Assembly (NCBI GenBank): GCA_963771045.1
Contig: CAVYRW010000004.1
Coordinates: 1,728,001-1,792,000 of the forward strand
Direction: 5' to 3'
Source: Waddliaceae bacterium
GTDB lineage: Bacteria; Chlamydiota; Chlamydiia; Chlamydiales; SLFE01
Length of the DNA: 64,000 nt
Below the pieces are notes generated by a model. That model made no database searches. It was not told where the DNA came from and saw only the letters and a program-made list of their open reading frames with translations. Made by a program: the position numbers and the translations under genes. Of this stretch, positions 10,639 through 18,882 are shown in pieces (position 1 is the stretch's first letter; each line of letters opens with the position of its first letter).

Positions 10639-12271
10639 GTATCCGTTCACGGGGTAACTCTAGGAACGGCTACCGCCTCGCGCGCTACCCCACAAAAATA
10701 ATAAAAATTTTATACGGCATAAAATAAGATTTTTATTATTATTCTGGTTGTTCAAAACCACTTTATAACATGAAGCCAACCTACGAAGAACTCTTTGAAA
10801 AGCTGAATAAAGCCTTGGAGGAAATTGAAATCCTCAAAAAGGAAAACCAGGCACTCAAGGCAAAAGTTAAGGAGCTCGAAGATAAACTCAACACCAACTC
10901 TTCGAATAGCTCTAAGCCCCCCTCGCAAGATCCTTTCAGAGCTCAAAGAAAGAAGGAACCTACGGGGCGTAAACAGGGAGCACAAAAAGGTCATAAGGGC
11001 CACCCCCGTCAACTAGTTCCAATTAATCAGGTGCAGTCGCTGCATAACATAAAGCCGGACACTTGTCCGAACTGCCACTCCCACTCGTTTAATTCGGAGG
11101 TGGTCAGAACGGATGTACGACAAGTAGTGGAATTACCGGACGCTCCTCCGGAAGTTACTCAATACAACATTCACACCTGTCAGTGTAGCGGATGTGGTAA
11201 GCATGTAAAGGCTGATATTCCCGAAGAAGCGCGATTTGGTTTTGGTCCCCGATTAATGGGTTTCGTCACTTCTCTTTCAGGAGAGTTTAGATTATCCAAA
11301 CGTCAAGTCTGTGCTCTAATGGGCAGACTCAATATTCGGATATGTTCCGGCAGCGTGTGTAAAATCCATGTCCGAGCTAGTCAGATTTTAAAAGCACCAT
11401 ACGAAGAAATTAGGACACACACTCTAAATGAAGAACATATTTATGCCGATGAAACGAGTTGGAAAACGATGTCGGAAAAGAGATGGATTTGGGTCGGAAG
11501 CGGCAAGGAAACTGTGTTTTTCGCAATCAAGGCTTCACGCAGCAACAAGGCATTCCGCGAGATCTTTGGTTCTTTCAAAGGGGGTTTAACAACCGATCGC
11601 TATAATGCCTATAATTCGCATGAAGGTCTGCGACAACTTTGCTGGTCGCATGCAGATAGAGATTTTGAAAAGATTGCAGGCAGGGATGGATTTGATAAAT
11701 GGATCGGGGAACGGTTGTTAGAGTGTAAAAAGTCGATATTTAATCTTTGGCATAGCTACAAAAACGGTGAGATTGCAAGGGACGAACTGATCGAGAAGAT
11801 CGAAATAGGCCCAAAAGAAGATTTGAAAGTCCTCCTCAAAGCTGGTGCAATTCACAAAGAATGTTGCAATAAAACGAGGTCGACTTGCGCTGATTTTTTT
11901 GGACGGTTCGAGATGTTATGGGTATTTGCCTATCATGAGAATATCGAACCGACTAACAATACAGCCGAGCAACGTCTTAGAGGCGGAGTCATTTGGAGGA
12001 AGCTATGCTTTGGCTCACAATCAGAAGAAGGTGAGCGATTTGTCGAACGGGTGTTAACAGTTGGTATGACATTGAAGTTACGTGCTCAAAATTCGTTCGA
12101 TTATTTTACCGAATGTTTTAAAGCATACATTCATGGCGGACAAGCGCCGCCGATATTTTCAAAATAGAAAACGGTTTCCTACGACACAAATTCACGAGGT
12201 AGTTCTCGGTTAACAAAACGTGTTAGAAGTTTACGACTCCCCCTGGGGGGGGTACCCCCGTGAACAGATAC
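10639..12271 (+). mobile_element. IS66-family insertion sequence (single-ORF, ISBst12-like)
   Basis: Terminal IRs GTATCCGTTCACGGGG / GTATCTGTTCACGGGG; exact 8-bp TSD CAAAAATG at 10631-10638 and 12272-12279. Confidence 0.95.
10770..12167 (+). CDS. IS66 transposase
   Basis: Coiled coil + NSSNSSKPPS, CPNC/CSGC zinc finger, ADETSW, TTDRY, QLCWSH, EPTNNTAEQRLR. Confidence 0.96.
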   Translation: MKPTYEELFEKLNKALEEIEILKKENQALKAKVKELEDKLNTNSSNSSKPPSQDPFRAQRKKEPTGRKQGAQKGHKGHPRQLVPINQVQSLHNIKPDTCPNCHSHSFNSEVVRTDVRQVVELPDAPPEVTQYNIHTCQCSGCGKHVKADIPEEARFGFGPRLMGFVTSLSGEFRLSKRQVCALMGRLNIRICSGSVCKIHVRASQILKAPYEEIRTHTLNEEHIYADETSWKTMSEKRWIWVGSGKETVFFAIKASRSNKAFREIFGSFKGGLTTDRYNAYNSHEGLRQLCWSHADRDFEKIAGRDGFDKWIGERLLECKKSIFNLWHSYKNGEIARDELIEKIEIGPKEDLKVLLKAGAIHKECCNKTRSTCADFFGRFEMLWVFAYHENIEPTNNTAEQRLRGGVIWRKLCFGSQSEEGERFVERVLTVGMTLKLRAQNSFDYFTECFKAYIHGGQAPPIFSK

Positions 12272-12600
12272 CAAAAATGTTTTTAGTTCTCTTGTTATGA
12301 TATCATCATAAATATCGGACATTATAGAATGATCCGCTAAATCCCATGTTCTTTGCGGTATGAGAATAGAGCAGCAAACGATGCAGTCCCGAATAACCTA
12401 CAGGATCAAAGCTCGTGAAATAGTTCATGCTTCCCAAACAGTTTTTATCATCCACAATATTCGCCGGAGCGATTCCCAAAGGTATATCCTATTTGTAATT
12501 CTGTTGACACTATTACCTTTGGCCATAACCGAGTCCAAACCGGCCTGGCTGTGGCTTATATGGAAAATTTTTGCTAGCAGCAGGTCAAAACCTATTGCCT
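12272..12600 (-). pseudogene. Decayed alpha/beta-hydrolase (lipase-like) domain, probably a toxin C-terminal domain; last codons lie beyond the IS at 10619-10638
   Basis: Across two frameshifts: KIFHISHSQAGL..NRIY/LGIAPANIVD..MNYFTSFDPVG/..WDLADHSIMSDIYDDII..KTFL|RDK*; Ser-Asp-His triad in order. Confidence 0.6.
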
Positions 12601-12626
12601 TGTCTCGGAAACAGAGAAAAATCTTC

Positions 12627-12707
12627 TCATATAACCCAAGTCACCATCATATGCTTGGCCCTAAATTCCGCTCCGGTATGACCCGGTTCTAAAACCCATT
12701 CTGACAT
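12627..12707 (-). pseudogene. Truncated YceI-family gene (26 codons)
   Basis: AGGAG RBS then MSEWVLEPGHTGAEFRAKHMMVTWV, matching the YceI N-terminal pattern W..d..H....F...H.mv..V, then an abrupt stop. Confidence 0.7.
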
Positions 12708-12720
12708 CAGCGCCTCTCCT

Positions 12721-13599
12721 TTATTCCTGAAGCCTGGCGAAAAGCTCGCTCTTCAGCTCATCAGATACCCCGCGAACAATCAGTTCAATTTTACCGCTCT
12801 TGTCGATCACAAACATTGTCGGATATCCCGATACCTTGAACAGCTTCCGAATTCTCCCCTCTCCATCCTCCAACCACTCAAAGGCCGAAGAGCTTTGCAA
12901 AAGCTCCGGCGTAAGCGAAGGGCAAATGTTGATGAAGCGGTAGGAGCCGCCCGAAAACTCGCTTGCCACAGAGCTCAAAATGGGAAGCTGTTCTTTGCAA
13001 TAGGGACAATCCTTTGAGATAAAGTTGAGAATCACTCCTTTACCATCGAAACTGTCTGCAATAAATTCCTTGGGCGCTACGTCGCCTTCTTTTAATCCCG
13101 AGCTCAAGTTGTTGTTAATTCTGAAGCCATAAGCCATGAATGTGAGATTAAGGCTGCTGAATAAGGCGATCACGGATATCGGCGCAAGAGCAGCGAGATA
13201 GAGGCGCTCCCGCATGTTTAATCTGCTTCGATCTTTTGTATTGGACGGACAGGCTGTCCAAAGCATCCAAATCGCAATGTTGCATGCGTGGGCGATCAGA
13301 CAGGCCGGACACCAATTAGGCAGTGCAATGTAGGTTAAGCAGGCAGCGAGAGAAACAGCCCAGGTCAATCCGCTTCGAGACACTCTTTTGCCGGGAAGTG
13401 TGGGAAAAAGGAGGGAAACTGCTAAAAGCAAGCCAAAATAACAAGACCCGATAAGCGCCAGGTAGGGATCGAGAGAAAAACAGGAGCGGCATTTAATGCC
13501 GGGAATTTCCGGCAGCTTCAAAAACAATGCGGCAAGCGCCAAAATGGCCAATAATGAAACAAAAGAACGAGAAAATTTCATTCGTCTATTTGGCACCAT
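12721..13599 (-). CDS. VKOR-like membrane domain fused to TlpA/thioredoxin-like domain
   Basis: TM region with CRSC and WCPAC; C-terminal LKEGDVAP..NFISKDCPYC..GYPT (CxxC plus cis-Pro loop). Confidence 0.72.
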   Translation of the reverse strand: MVPNRRMKFSRSFVSLLAILALAALFLKLPEIPGIKCRSCFSLDPYLALIGSCYFGLLLAVSLLFPTLPGKRVSRSGLTWAVSLAACLTYIALPNWCPACLIAHACNIAIWMLWTACPSNTKDRSRLNMRERLYLAALAPISVIALFSSLNLTFMAYGFRINNNLSSGLKEGDVAPKEFIADSFDGKGVILNFISKDCPYCKEQLPILSSVASEFSGGSYRFINICPSLTPELLQSSSAFEWLEDGEGRIRKLFKVSGYPTMFVIDKSGKIELIVRGVSDELKSELFARLQE

Positions 13600-14162
13600 T
13601 TCACCGGTGACTTATCCAAACCAAGCGACTTGGTTAAAAAAGCGTTCGACTTGTTGTCGCCCTCCACTGGCGCCCCAGACCAATAGCCGGTTTTACAAGT
13701 TGAACGATTGCAATCTCCGCCAAGGGTCACCCACTCCCCCGATCTTTCCACGTCGCAGAGGCAGATGGCCTTTTTGGGATTGGCAGGATCTACAGTGCAG
13801 CGCTTGTTCAGGCAATTAGTCCAAGGTGTTCCATCCGGGCATTTCATCGCCTTCTTCCCCTCGCCGTACTGCTTGAAAGAAAACGTGGAATAAACCGTCC
13901 GAATGCCATTTGCATCCGTTGAGGGCTTAAGAGAATCGCAGTCGGCTGTGGCCATACTGGATCCCTCCTCCACATCGCAGCTGCAAATCGCTTTGGTCGG
14001 ATCGCCCGGTTGAGGCACGCAGCGGGCCGATGTGCAAAGCGCATATTGCTGATTGCAAACCCTCATTTCACCATTACTTTCTTTGCTGTAGGCAAACGAA
14101 AGTGCCAAAACACCCGCCACGGGCACTATATAAGTCATCACAGAAGATAAAAAACCGTTCAT
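13578..14162 (-). CDS. Secreted cysteine-rich protein with two internal repeats
   Basis: Signal peptide; 14 Cys; ALCTSARCVPQPGDPTKAICSCDVE vs TNCLNKRCTVDPANPKKAICLCDVE. Confidence 0.85.
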   Translation of the reverse strand: MNGFLSSVMTYIVPVAGVLALSFAYSKESNGEMRVCNQQYALCTSARCVPQPGDPTKAICSCDVEEGSSMATADCDSLKPSTDANGIRTVYSTFSFKQYGEGKKAMKCPDGTPWTNCLNKRCTVDPANPKKAICLCDVERSGEWVTLGGDCNRSTCKTGYWSGAPVEGDNKSNAFLTKSLGLDKSPVKWCQIDE

Positions 14163-14198
14163 AACAACATCCCTTGAAAATTTAAATAATCACCTTAA

Positions 14199-14228
14199 CT
14201 TATAGACATTTAAATAATAAGTTGTCAA
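14199..14228 (-). promoter_or_regulatory. sigma70/sigma66-type promoter for the Cys-rich/VKOR-Trx/yceI operon
   Basis: TTGACA-18 nt-TATAAG with TGn extension on the minus strand, about 35 nt upstream of the ATG. Confidence 0.55.
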
Positions 14229-14514
14229 TAGCCGGCAAAAAGACATATAAACAAGCCAGCGTACCTAAAAGATATAATCAGCTAATCTATTTCTTTTAAT
14301 CTCAATATGTCTTTCAAGGCATCCCAAACTTACTCCCAAATTCCCTTTGCCGTCCATCTGTTAAAACGATTATAACAAAAACTCCACGGTCCATATTCAA
14401 GAGGGAGATCCATCTGTAGCGCCCAGCCTCAGATTAGGTCACAATCACGGGTGTAAGACTCATTGCCATATAAGATATTGCATAATTATATAAACTACTT
14501 TAAAAATCGTTTTC

Positions 14515-15537
14515 ATGACACCAAAAGAAATCTATTCCTATCAGGGAATTCTTACACAAATTCAATCTCCATACACCGTAAAATGGGACCCGAAGTGGAA
14601 AGTCTCGATTGATGACTCAGTCATCCTGGGTCTAAAAAATATTCAAGTCCTATCGGAAAAGGGCTTCGATCAAATGAGAGTCATGACTGCTTATCCTAGA
14701 GCCGGGAAAAGACAATTTTGGTGGACCCCAATTGAAAAAGGGTTTCTTAACTACATCAAAACATCCCGGGGATTACTGCTGATGTATGCCAATAAGAAGA
14801 CAGTCCCCCTTCTAGACATTGAGAGAGGAGGGGTCCGGAAAAAAATCCACCTTCCCTGTTCGATTATAACCTCGAAGGACAGATTGCATATAACCCCGTC
14901 GGGGACCTGTTTTTTTATCATAATGAACATGATGCCAAGAACCCTTTTTATCAAAAATATCGATGATGAAAAGTGGACCAGATATGAAACACCTCCCGGA
15001 TTTATCCATTTTTATGATGAGTTCGCCTGTTTCAAATGCGAGGCCCAGAAAACTCAATATCTGATTGATAAAAAGGGACAGCAACACCGGTTTTCCGATT
15101 GCCAGGATATTCAAATTGCCGATGGGAAGCTCTATAAAGCTATGAAAGATGCAAAAAGTACACAGTTGTCAGTGCAAAAGATTTTAAAAAATTCGGATTT
15201 TAAATTAGCAGATCGCAAGTGCAGCATATCTCTTTCTTCCCGCAACATTCAAATTCTGAATTTTCCCGGCAACAACCTTTGCCTGGCTCTCCATGACCGA
15301 TATCTAGTGCTTATCGACATCAAATCGAAAAAAATCCGAAAATTGCAGAAGTTTCTTCCATTTCACTCCCAGTATATAACAGATCAAAAAACGCAAACCG
15401 TCTGGTGCCTTGCAGACGATAATATACTCAGAAAGCATACATTAGACAAATCGGTCGAAGCGGCAAGATTAAACGCAGACAAAGCCCTCATACTTCATGT
15501 GGATGAGAATGAACGCCTTTACTATCTGGAGCTTTGA
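14515..15537 (+). CDS. Hypothetical protein, beta-propeller-like; paralog of the 5193..7049 locus
   Basis: 340 aa with short alternating beta-strand-like segments; shared segments with the upstream paralog. Confidence 0.65.
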   Translation: MTPKEIYSYQGILTQIQSPYTVKWDPKWKVSIDDSVILGLKNIQVLSEKGFDQMRVMTAYPRAGKRQFWWTPIEKGFLNYIKTSRGLLLMYANKKTVPLLDIERGGVRKKIHLPCSIITSKDRLHITPSGTCFFIIMNMMPRTLFIKNIDDEKWTRYETPPGFIHFYDEFACFKCEAQKTQYLIDKKGQQHRFSDCQDIQIADGKLYKAMKDAKSTQLSVQKILKNSDFKLADRKCSISLSSRNIQILNFPGNNLCLALHDRYLVLIDIKSKKIRKLQKFLPFHSQYITDQKTQTVWCLADDNILRKHTLDKSVEAARLNADKALILHVDENERLYYLEL

Positions 15538-16571
15538 GTGGTAAGTACAATTTTTCCGACTGTGCTTCCCGTTTCAAGAGCTTTGTGCGCCTCTGCCGCC
15601 TCTTCAAAAGGATAAACTGTCGTTTGCAAAGGATGGATTTCTCCCTTTTCAAAGAAACCAAACAGTTTCTCGGTAATCTCTTTAAAGAGGTCGATTTTAT
15701 CGAAAAGGTAGCTCAAGTTAAACGCTAAAACGCTATGGTTGCCGCTTGTCATAGTCAAAGGATTGAAATGCGGAGTACGAAGATAGTCCCAAAAAACTTT
15801 TAGCCAGTTAGGCGCTCCCCTCCCCTTTGTGAGCATCGTATGAAAACCGTAAATGACCAGCCTGCCCATAGGAGCGAGATGCCCATAGCTTTGCCTCAGG
15901 GTTTCGGCGCCGTTCGGATCCATGACAATTCTATAACCTTCAGGGGAAAATTCTTCAGCTTTCTTCCACAGGTTTTCGCTCGATTTGTCGATCACCACAT
16001 CTGCCCCGAGCGCTTTTGCGTACGGGGCTTTGTGCGAAGATCCGACTACGCCGGCCACGCGGCACCCCGCAGCCTTTCCCAGCTGGACGAGAGCGCTCCC
16101 GACACCCCCTGCTGCCGAATGGATGAGAAGGGTTTCTCCCGAGCGCGGATGCGCCAGTTCATGAAGCGCAAAATAAGCCGTTAAGAAAACTGTCGGAAAA
16201 CCCGCCCCCTGAACAAAGTCCAGCGCTTTCGGCAAAGGAAAAACATTGGATGCGGAAACAGCAATCTGGGTCGCATAGCCGCCGAAACGGGTGGCCGCAA
16301 TTACCCTGTCGCCCGGACTGCAACGGGCGACCCCTTCCCCCACTTTCCGGACAATGCCGGAAACTTCAAAGCCGGGTGTGATCGGCCAGCCGACAAATTC
16401 TTTTGCCGATTGATATACTCCCATTCTCACAAGGCAGTCGGCAAAATTCACCCCTGCTGCCTTCACATCGATGAGGACTTCTCCCGCTTTTACCGACAGA
16501 TCGGGAAACTCTTTGATCAGAAGGCGCTCGTAGCCGCCCGGTTTTTCAATGACAATTTTCTTCATTTGCAT
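15522..16571 (-). CDS. Zn-independent MDR oxidoreductase (quinone oxidoreductase/VAT-1-like)
   Basis: AAGVNFAD, TPGFEVSG, LIHSAAGGVG, GRLVIYG, TVGKIVL. Confidence 0.92.
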   Translation of the reverse strand: MQMKKIVIEKPGGYERLLIKEFPDLSVKAGEVLIDVKAAGVNFADCLVRMGVYQSAKEFVGWPITPGFEVSGIVRKVGEGVARCSPGDRVIAATRFGGYATQIAVSASNVFPLPKALDFVQGAGFPTVFLTAYFALHELAHPRSGETLLIHSAAGGVGSALVQLGKAAGCRVAGVVGSSHKAPYAKALGADVVIDKSSENLWKKAEEFSPEGYRIVMDPNGAETLRQSYGHLAPMGRLVIYGFHTMLTKGRGAPNWLKVFWDYLRTPHFNPLTMTSGNHSVLAFNLSYLFDKIDLFKEITEKLFGFFEKGEIHPLQTTVYPFEEAAEAHKALETGSTVGKIVLTTQSSR

Positions 16572-16605
16572 CTACAATACAGTAAAACATTATTTTGGAG
16601 AAATT

Positions 16606-17028
16606 ATGATTTTCAGAATTTGGATATTGAGACTAGCCCTTCTGGTTATCGGATTGGTTTTCATCTTCGGCATTTATCCCGCTATGCTTTATTGGCCGTC
16701 GCGATGGCTTTGGGAACCCAGGCAAGTCGACTACGAGTTTATGATCCTGGGCATCTACGCGACTCTCGGCTTCTTTTTACTTTGGGCAGTTGTCAATCCT
16801 CTCGAGCACAGAAGCCTGATCTGGTTTACCGTCTGGTCAAGCGGCGTCCACGCTTCGATTATGCTTTTTGAAGCCCTCATCGTCAGAAATGAATACGGCC
16901 ATTTGATCGGTGACATTCCGGCCCTTTATCTGGTTGCCGTTATTCTCGGTTTTCTCATGCCCAGAAAATGCCGCCTCGAGCCTCCTCAAGAACAGGCTGA
17001 GGAGGATTCAACAAAATCCGTTTACTAA
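16606..17028 (+). CDS. Small membrane protein (DUF6632-like)
   Basis: GGAG RBS before ATG 16606; YEFMILGIYATLGFFLLWA..P..HRSLIWFTVWSS..HA..M....GHLIGDIPAL. Confidence 0.7.
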   Translation: MIFRIWILRLALLVIGLVFIFGIYPAMLYWPSRWLWEPRQVDYEFMILGIYATLGFFLLWAVVNPLEHRSLIWFTVWSSGVHASIMLFEALIVRNEYGHLIGDIPALYLVAVILGFLMPRKCRLEPPQEQAEEDSTKSVY

Positions 17029-17063
17029 AAATTTTATGAAAGCTAAACTGTGGCATTTTTAAG

Positions 17064-17125
17064 GTAAGCGTTCGGTAAGATACTTCCCTGGAAAACTTGC
17101 GGAGGCTAGATTGCCGAATGCTAAC
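17064..17125. repeat. Miniature inverted-repeat element, copy A (IS66-like ends)
   Basis: IR GTAAGCGTTCGGTAA / revcomp GTTAGCATTCGGCAA; first 44 nt colinear (about 30/44) with the reverse complement of 42990..43079. Confidence 0.55.
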
Positions 17126-17142
17126 CATTTAAGGAGTTTGCT

Positions 17143-18138
17143 ATGAAGAAATGGATTCTTGCCCTCTGTTTAACAATCGTTTCATTAAACGCACATGAAC
17201 CGAAGCTGGTTCTTGTCGCCGGCGGAGCCGGTTTTCTCGGTTCCCACCTATGCGAGCGCCTTCTTGAAAGAGGCGATGTTGTTGTTTGTCTCGACAATCT
17301 GCAAACGGGAAATCCCAATAACGTGCAAGCCTTTCTTAGCAACCCGCGTTTCTTTCTCATTCATGGCGACATTTGTCATTTTTGCGATGAAGAGCACACT
17401 TATGACGAGATCTACAACCTCGCCTGCCCCGCTTCGCCTCCCAGATATCAAAAAGACCCGATTCACACCCTCGAAACCAATTACAGAGGGACGAAAAATC
17501 TCCTCGAGCAGGCAAAACGGGACGGCGCAATCTTTTTTCAAGCATCAACGAGTGAAGTCTACGGAAATCCGCTGCAGCACCCCCAAAAAGAGACTTACTT
17601 CGGCAACGTTAATCCGATAGGAATCAGAGCCTGCTATGATGAAGGGAAACGGATTGCCGAAACGCTTTGCTTTGAGTACCATCGCCAGCACAAAGTGGCC
17701 ATTAAAGTGGTCCGCATCTTCAACACGTACGGCCCGAACATGTCTCCCAAAGATGGCCGAGTTGTCTCAAACTTTATGATGCAGGCTCTAACGGACAAAC
17801 CGATCACCATTTATGGCGACGGCTCTCAAACACGCTCTTTCTGCTTTGTCGACGACCTGATTAGCGGCTTTTTAACCATTATGAAAACTGACGAAGAAGT
17901 TACAGGCCCCGTCAACCTCGGCAACCCCGCTGAAATTACCGTCAAAGAGCTGGCTGAGAGAATCATTGCGATGACACAATCGAAATCCCTATTGCAATAC
18001 AAACCGCTGCCCCAGGACGACCCCGTCAAAAGAAAACCCGACATCACAATGGCAAAAACACTCGGATGGCAGCCCGAAATCCCTCTGGAAAAAGGGCTTC
18101 AAAAGACTGCCGACTATTTTAGAAGATTTACGAACTGA
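17143..18138 (+). CDS. UDP-glucuronate decarboxylase (UXS-like SDR) with N-terminal signal peptide
   Basis: GGAGFLGSH, YNLACPASP, ASTSEVYG, CYDEGKR, RIFNTYGP, DDPVKRKPDI; N-terminus MKKWILALCLTIVSLNA. Confidence 0.93.
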   Translation: MKKWILALCLTIVSLNAHEPKLVLVAGGAGFLGSHLCERLLERGDVVVCLDNLQTGNPNNVQAFLSNPRFFLIHGDICHFCDEEHTYDEIYNLACPASPPRYQKDPIHTLETNYRGTKNLLEQAKRDGAIFFQASTSEVYGNPLQHPQKETYFGNVNPIGIRACYDEGKRIAETLCFEYHRQHKVAIKVVRIFNTYGPNMSPKDGRVVSNFMMQALTDKPITIYGDGSQTRSFCFVDDLISGFLTIMKTDEEVTGPVNLGNPAEITVKELAERIIAMTQSKSLLQYKPLPQDDPVKRKPDITMAKTLGWQPEIPLEKGLQKTADYFRRFTN

Positions 18139-18149
18139 TTCTCCAAAAC

Positions 18150-18343
18150 TTCAGGCAAGTGCTTTTGAACGAAATCCATAAAATGGGCAGGAAGGTCTGG
18201 GCCTGGACTGTCAACGAAGAGGCGGAAATCGAGCTGCTTAGGAAATGGGGGTAGATGGAATCATCACCAACCGTCCAAGGATTGCTATGAGATTACCGCT
18301 GCGGCCTATTGATGGAAAAAGAGCAATGATGCAAAGTCGCTAA
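18150..18343 (+). pseudogene. Orphan C-terminal fragment of glycerophosphodiester phosphodiesterase
   Basis: Manual translation NEIHKMGRKVWAWTVNEEAEIELLRK/MGVDGIITNRP; N-terminal part absent. Confidence 0.75.
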
Positions 18344-18357
18344 AAAGGGAGATTGCC

Positions 18358-18882
18358 ATGAAAAAGGCTTTTTTAGTTTTATTAGTTCTGTTTGCTTCTT
18401 GTCATGGGCCCCCGCCGGAAAAAAGCTTAGAAAAAGGTCGGGCTGATATTATGTCGACTACCGGGGACAAGTCGGTTAACGGAACCGTTAATTTCGTTGA
18501 AACTAATGAAGGCTTAAGAGTTTATGCCAATGTCCACGGACTTCCCCCCGGAAAACACGGACTTCATATTCACGAGTATGGAGATATCGGCAATCAAGGC
18601 AAAAACGCCGGAGGCCACTATAATCCCAACCATGTCAAACACGGATTTATCGTCAAAGACGGTTATGCCAAAGCCCACGCAGGAGACTTCGGCAATATCA
18701 CTATTGATGAGAATGGAGATGGCGAGCTTGAGCTTTTCATCCCCGAGTTAAAGTTAAGCGGCGGAAGATACAATATCGCCGGCCGTGCTGTCATCATTCA
18801 TGAAAATGAAGACGATTTCAGCCAGCCGACAGGAAATGCCGGTCCGCGTATTGCCGGCGGTACCATTATGATTGTTGAATAA
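18358..18882 (+). CDS. sodC: Cu/Zn superoxide dismutase, lipoprotein
   Basis: Lipobox FASC; HGLHIHE, AGGHYNP, HAGDFGNI, GRAVIIH, GNAGPRIA. Confidence 0.93.
   Translation: MKKAFLVLLVLFASCHGPPPEKSLEKGRADIMSTTGDKSVNGTVNFVETNEGLRVYANVHGLPPGKHGLHIHEYGDIGNQGKNAGGHYNPNHVKHGFIVKDGYAKAHAGDFGNITIDENGDGELELFIPELKLSGGRYNIAGRAVIIHENEDDFSQPTGNAGPRIAGGTIMIVE

Noticed and set aside
12360..12692. 110-aa plus-strand ORF next to the IS (possible IS66 accessory gene)
   Set aside because: Lies outside the right IR/TSD and is antisense to the yceI and lipase remnants
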